From an uncultured virus (IMG/VR IMGVR_UViG_3300033146_001398) (taxonomy: Duplodnaviria; Heunggongvirae; Uroviricota; Caudoviricetes): a DNA stretch of 20,000 nt. Of the stretch, positions 17,026 through 20,000 are shown piece after piece; within the stretch, counting starts at the first letter, position 1; each line of letters begins with the position of its first letter. Where the stretch lies: the IMG/VR virus record IMGVR_UViG_3300033146_001398, one strand, 5' to 3'. Made by a program: the position numbers and the translations under genes. The notes beneath the pieces are model-generated. The model was not told where the DNA came from. It saw only the letters and a list, made by a program, of their open reading frames with translations, and searched no databases.

Positions 17026-17379
17026 TTATGTACTCCGTGTAATATCTGCTTTTACTATGTAATTATATGCTCCACTGCTATATATGCTATCATCTGGTTT
17101 TTTATATTGGATGTCATAAAAATACGAGCCAACGTCAATATTAGTATCATCACTCGTAACACTAACTGTAGCAACACCTAATGCTGGACTAGTAAGTACA
17201 GCTTGCTTAGAAATTATCGCATCGGTATCATCTGTAATAGTAGTAGCTGGAATAGTGCTTCTAACAGTAAACCAAATAGTGTAGCCAGTAATATTTATTG
17301 GCGTACCGTTCCTAGTCGCAAATGTAATAGAAAACGTATCAGTGTCTTCTCTAACAACTTCTCTATCTTTTAGTGTCAT
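17026..17379 (-). CDS. Stand-alone BppU N-terminal-like (fibre attachment) domain protein
   Basis: 117 aa; REDTDTFSITF...PINITGYTIWFTV...GVATVSVTSDDT...GSYFYDIQ matches the BppU_N-type Ig-like pattern; TAA-ATG abuts fibre gene. Confidence 0.75.
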   Translation of the reverse strand: MTLKDREVVREDTDTFSITFATRNGTPINITGYTIWFTVRSTIPATTITDDTDAIISKQAVLTSPALGVATVSVTSDDTNIDVGSYFYDIQYKKPDDSIYSSGAYNYIVKADITRST

Positions 17380-17403
17380 TTTATATAATTTTTAATAATT
17401 TGT

Positions 17404-17419
17404 TATTTAAAAATAATTA
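17404..17419 (-). promoter_or_regulatory. Conserved intergenic motif TAATTATTTTTAAATA, copy 4
   Basis: Exact 16-mer 1 nt after stop at 17421 and 25 nt before ATG at 17379. Confidence 0.7.
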
Positions 17420-17420
17420 T

Positions 17421-20000
17421 TTATGCTCCAAATATGTTATTATTGGTCTCTTGTCTCCTTGTTGTTAAAGCTGATATATCCACAGTACAACCAACTGCAC
17501 TGTTGTCTACAACACTTGCGTTACCTGCGACCATTATCGTACCAGCAGTGCAAGAAGATTCTACATTCACTCTACCGGCTATTAAATCTATTACTAACGC
17601 TTCTGCGCCAGTCTTACCAAGAAGATTAATCCCCATTCGTCCTTTGATAATGTTTAAGTTACCAGAACCAACGTTAATATTAATATTAGTAGATGAAGTT
17701 ATATAAGTATCACATTCAGTTAAATAGTTTGAACCAGTACCACTTATAGTTATATCTCCAACAATTAGTGAGTTCTTAGCACCACCGTCAAAATTAGTAA
17801 CACCCGTTATAACACAAGTTGTATATCTAACAGACCCATTCATAACACCGCCAACAGTAACATTTTCAAAATATGTCCCATCAGTAATTGCACCAGTTTC
17901 AACAGTAACAGTATTACCCAAACTATTTTCAGCTATTATTGTTTTATTACTTATATCTTGACCAGTAGTAACAGTTAAAGCACCATCTAATTCAATAATA
18001 TTACATTTAAATTCCTCAGCTAATAATAAAGCATTTGCTAAAGTTTTACAAGCTTCAGAACCATGGGATAAACCAACAGGATATGAAGAACTATTTGTAC
18101 CATTAACTGTATCAAGATGTATTACTCCACCATATTCTTCAACACGGTTAGTAGAAACTGAACCAGTATATCTTACATTAGCAGTAGCAGTTAAATCGAT
18201 ACTAGAAGTATCAACAACTCCTCTTACACTAAAATCTCCGGCAGTATTACTATTATCAAAATTAAATTTACCAGCAATAAATTCATAAGTTGAAACATTA
18301 TTTGCATTTGTGGAATTTATTATTTTAATACCACCCGAATAAGCCCTCATAGATAAATCAATACCACCATTAGAATAATCAAATACAGGAGAGTTATTAC
18401 CCGCTATAGCCGAAGCACAGTTAAACATAAGTATAGTACCATTAGCTTTCATTACTAAAGGAGTTTCTTCTAAGAAAAGACACTCTTCTAAATATCCTTG
18501 GATATTTTGTAAATTTCCAATTCTACACCCATAAGCCATAATTATCCCATTCATAGTCCCTTCCAAATATATTTTTCTAAAAAGAGTCCCATAACTTAAT
18601 TGGCTATTTAAATCAACTTGACCGTTTTTCCAACTTATAAATTCCATTCCACTTATACTTTGGTCAAGAGTTAAATCACCCGCAAGTTGAATCTTTTTGA
18701 AACGTTGTGTAGAAGCAATACTCATAGCTTTAGTTAAAGTCTTGCAAGGTGTTTTTTGTACACCACATAATTCATCATCAGTATCAACACCATCATCAAC
18801 ATCTAACCAAACAGCACCTTCAAAAGAAAGGTAAACAGAAGTGTTTACAACCTCGGGAGCAATATAAGCTCGTAATGGGTCTAACTGTATTGGTCCAGTA
18901 CCAGTTGCAAGGATTGTAGTAATATCATCACGGTATATTCTTGAGCCATATATCTGAACAGCAGCAGCGTTAGTGTTTTGTAAATGTAAATCTACAACAG
19001 CAGTAACATTCTTATAATTAACAGAATCTTCTGCAACCATACCGCCAAACCAATTAGTAATACCATCACTAGTAGTTAAATTGTTCATCCACCAAGCATA
19101 TAATCTTGGACCAGTTGTTGCACCATCTGAATCAGCGACATCAACTTGATTATTAACATAATCTGCACTAAACTCAGTAACAGTTGAACCATCAATACCG
19201 TTCAAATTATATACTGTATCCACATCTTGTGAACCAGGGACTATCCATGGAGCAGAACCGGCAACAGCAACAATCTTCTTTTCTAAATAACCAGTTTTAG
19301 TTAGATAGAAAGTTACAGTATCACCAGCAGTGAAATCTGAACCTTCAGCATAAGTTGTTGTCCATGTTGTAGTTGGTTCAATAACATTAGCAATTTCAGT
19401 GCTTGTTGTTTCATTATAAACTCTAACACGAGTTCCAGCTATGATAGGTGTTAATGTAGCTGACAAACTTGTAGTAGCAATAACAACAGTAGCACCAGCA
19501 GTATCATAAGTTGGAACAATGTCACCAAAAGGAATAGTTATTGTAACAGTTCCAGCTGTTGCAGTAATATTTAAATTCTTAGTTGTAGTATTTGAATAAG
19601 TTACACCAGCTAAAGTTATTGCACCAGTACCAGCTAATTCTATATCATAATTATTATGGTCAAAAGTTGTATCAGTTAATGTTCCAGTATTAGCAATATC
19701 TACTTTCAATGCGCCGTTAGAATCAGTTGAATTACTAAAAACACAATTAGATATTATTGCAGAACCTTTATCAATTTGATTGCATTCAATAAAAGAAACA
19801 GTGTCATAAGTTTTACCAGATTGTAATGTTGCTTCAGTTTTAATAAAAGTTAAATTTGAATATACTATACTGTTATCTGTTTCAGTTAAAACAAACCCAT
19901 TATCAGAAGAAATAATTGAGTTACTGAAATTCCCATCACTAAGATTAAATGTTAAATCTAAATCATAACCATCAACATTATAATATAAATTATCTGAACT
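17421..20000 (-). CDS. Large virion surface protein with tandem beta-helix-like modules, 5'-truncated
   Basis: Frame stays open from the track's TTG at 19709 to position 20000 (checked codon by codon), so at least 859 aa. Thr/Gly/Asn-rich, two xxGxxxLDxxxG...CKTLxxA motifs. Confidence 0.8.
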   Translation of the reverse strand, partial: SSDNLYYNVDGYDLDLTFNLSDGNFSNSIISSDNGFVLTETDNSIVYSNLTFIKTEATLQSGKTYDTVSFIECNQIDKGSAIISNCVFSNSTDSNGALKVDIANTGTLTDTTFDHNNYDIELAGTGAITLAGVTYSNTTTKNLNITATAGTVTITIPFGDIVPTYDTAGATVVIATTSLSATLTPIIAGTRVRVYNETTSTEIANVIEPTTTWTTTYAEGSDFTAGDTVTFYLTKTGYLEKKIVAVAGSAPWIVPGSQDVDTVYNLNGIDGSTVTEFSADYVNNQVDVADSDGATTGPRLYAWWMNNLTTSDGITNWFGGMVAEDSVNYKNVTAVVDLHLQNTNAAAVQIYGSRIYRDDITTILATGTGPIQLDPLRAYIAPEVVNTSVYLSFEGAVWLDVDDGVDTDDELCGVQKTPCKTLTKAMSIASTQRFKKIQLAGDLTLDQSISGMEFISWKNGQVDLNSQLSYGTLFRKIYLEGTMNGIIMAYGCRIGNLQNIQGYLEECLFLEETPLVMKANGTILMFNCASAIAGNNSPVFDYSNGGIDLSMRAYSGGIKIINSTNANNVSTYEFIAGKFNFDNSNTAGDFSVRGVVDTSSIDLTATANVRYTGSVSTNRVEEYGGVIHLDTVNGTNSSSYPVGLSHGSEACKTLANALLLAEEFKCNIIELDGALTVTTGQDISNKTIIAENSLGNTVTVETGAITDGTYFENVTVGGVMNGSVRYTTCVITGVTNFDGGAKNSLIVGDITISGTGSNYLTECDTYITSSTNININVGSGNLNIIKGRMGINLLGKTGAEALVIDLIAGRVNVESSCTAGTIMVAGNASVVDNSAVGCTVDISALTTRRQETNNNIFGA

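Larger units (their letters stand above)
1..20000 (-). mobile_element. Virion morphogenesis/lysis region of a tailed dsDNA virus (siphovirus-type), probably archaeal host; free virus versus provirus cannot be determined
   Basis: Canonical order adaptor-closure-gp10-terminator-tube-chaperone-tape measure-Dit-hub-RBP, all co-oriented with 0-15 nt spacers or overlaps at most junctions; no sheath, host housekeeping gene or integrase in window. Confidence 0.93.

Noticed and set aside
617..17419. 16-bp repeats as CRISPR repeats or recombination/att sites
   Set aside because: Copies are kilobases apart with whole genes between them, show near-fixed spacing to start codons, and no Cas gene or recombinase is present.
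299..17706. All plus-strand ORFs in the track (e.g. 299-499, 2002-2322, 5436-5768, 8774-9097, 13647-13979, 17434-17706)
   Set aside because: Antisense shadows of long minus-strand genes; hydrophobic Ile/Val/Ser/Phe composition typical of reverse-frame translation; no recognisable motifs.
19707..19709. TTG start called for the 762-aa ORF
   Set aside because: Reading frame has no stop up to 20000, so the true start lies outside the window.
1..20000. tRNA/rRNA genes, introns, inteins, alternative genetic code
   Set aside because: No spacer long or GC-rich enough for a tRNA; ORFs tile the window under the standard code; no intein or homing endonuclease motifs recognised.

Overview
AT-rich (roughly 30-33% GC by eye) segment of a tailed dsDNA virus (Caudoviricetes, siphovirus-type: tail tube but no sheath). 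Every credible gene is on the minus strand and densely packed. In transcription order (right to left): a 5'-truncated beta-rich virion protein; a BppU-like adaptor; a repeat-rich fibre; two small acidic proteins; a putative lysis cassette (membrane protein, transglutaminase-like Cys peptidase, TPTxKD holin-like protein); a small ORF; a calcineurin-like phosphoesterase; a DUF4032-like protein; the neck (adaptor, closure, HK97 gp10-like, terminator); tail tube; tail assembly chaperone with a predicted -1 frameshift; tape measure; Dit-like; hub; a LamG receptor-binding protein; and a 3'-truncated tail protein. Highlights: (i) an exact 16-bp intergenic motif with a TTTAAATA core in four copies, suggesting an archaeal-type promoter and host; (ii) a lysis cassette with a Cys-His-Glu peptidase where the endolysin normally sits; (iii) apparent Russian-doll nesting of three LamG domains; (iv) a slippery site A AAA AAC with a 67-codon -1 extension missed by the ORF track; (v) twin GC-AAGA-GC hairpins in a leader; (vi) strong GATC depletion. 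All family assignments are from motif recognition and synteny, not database searches.
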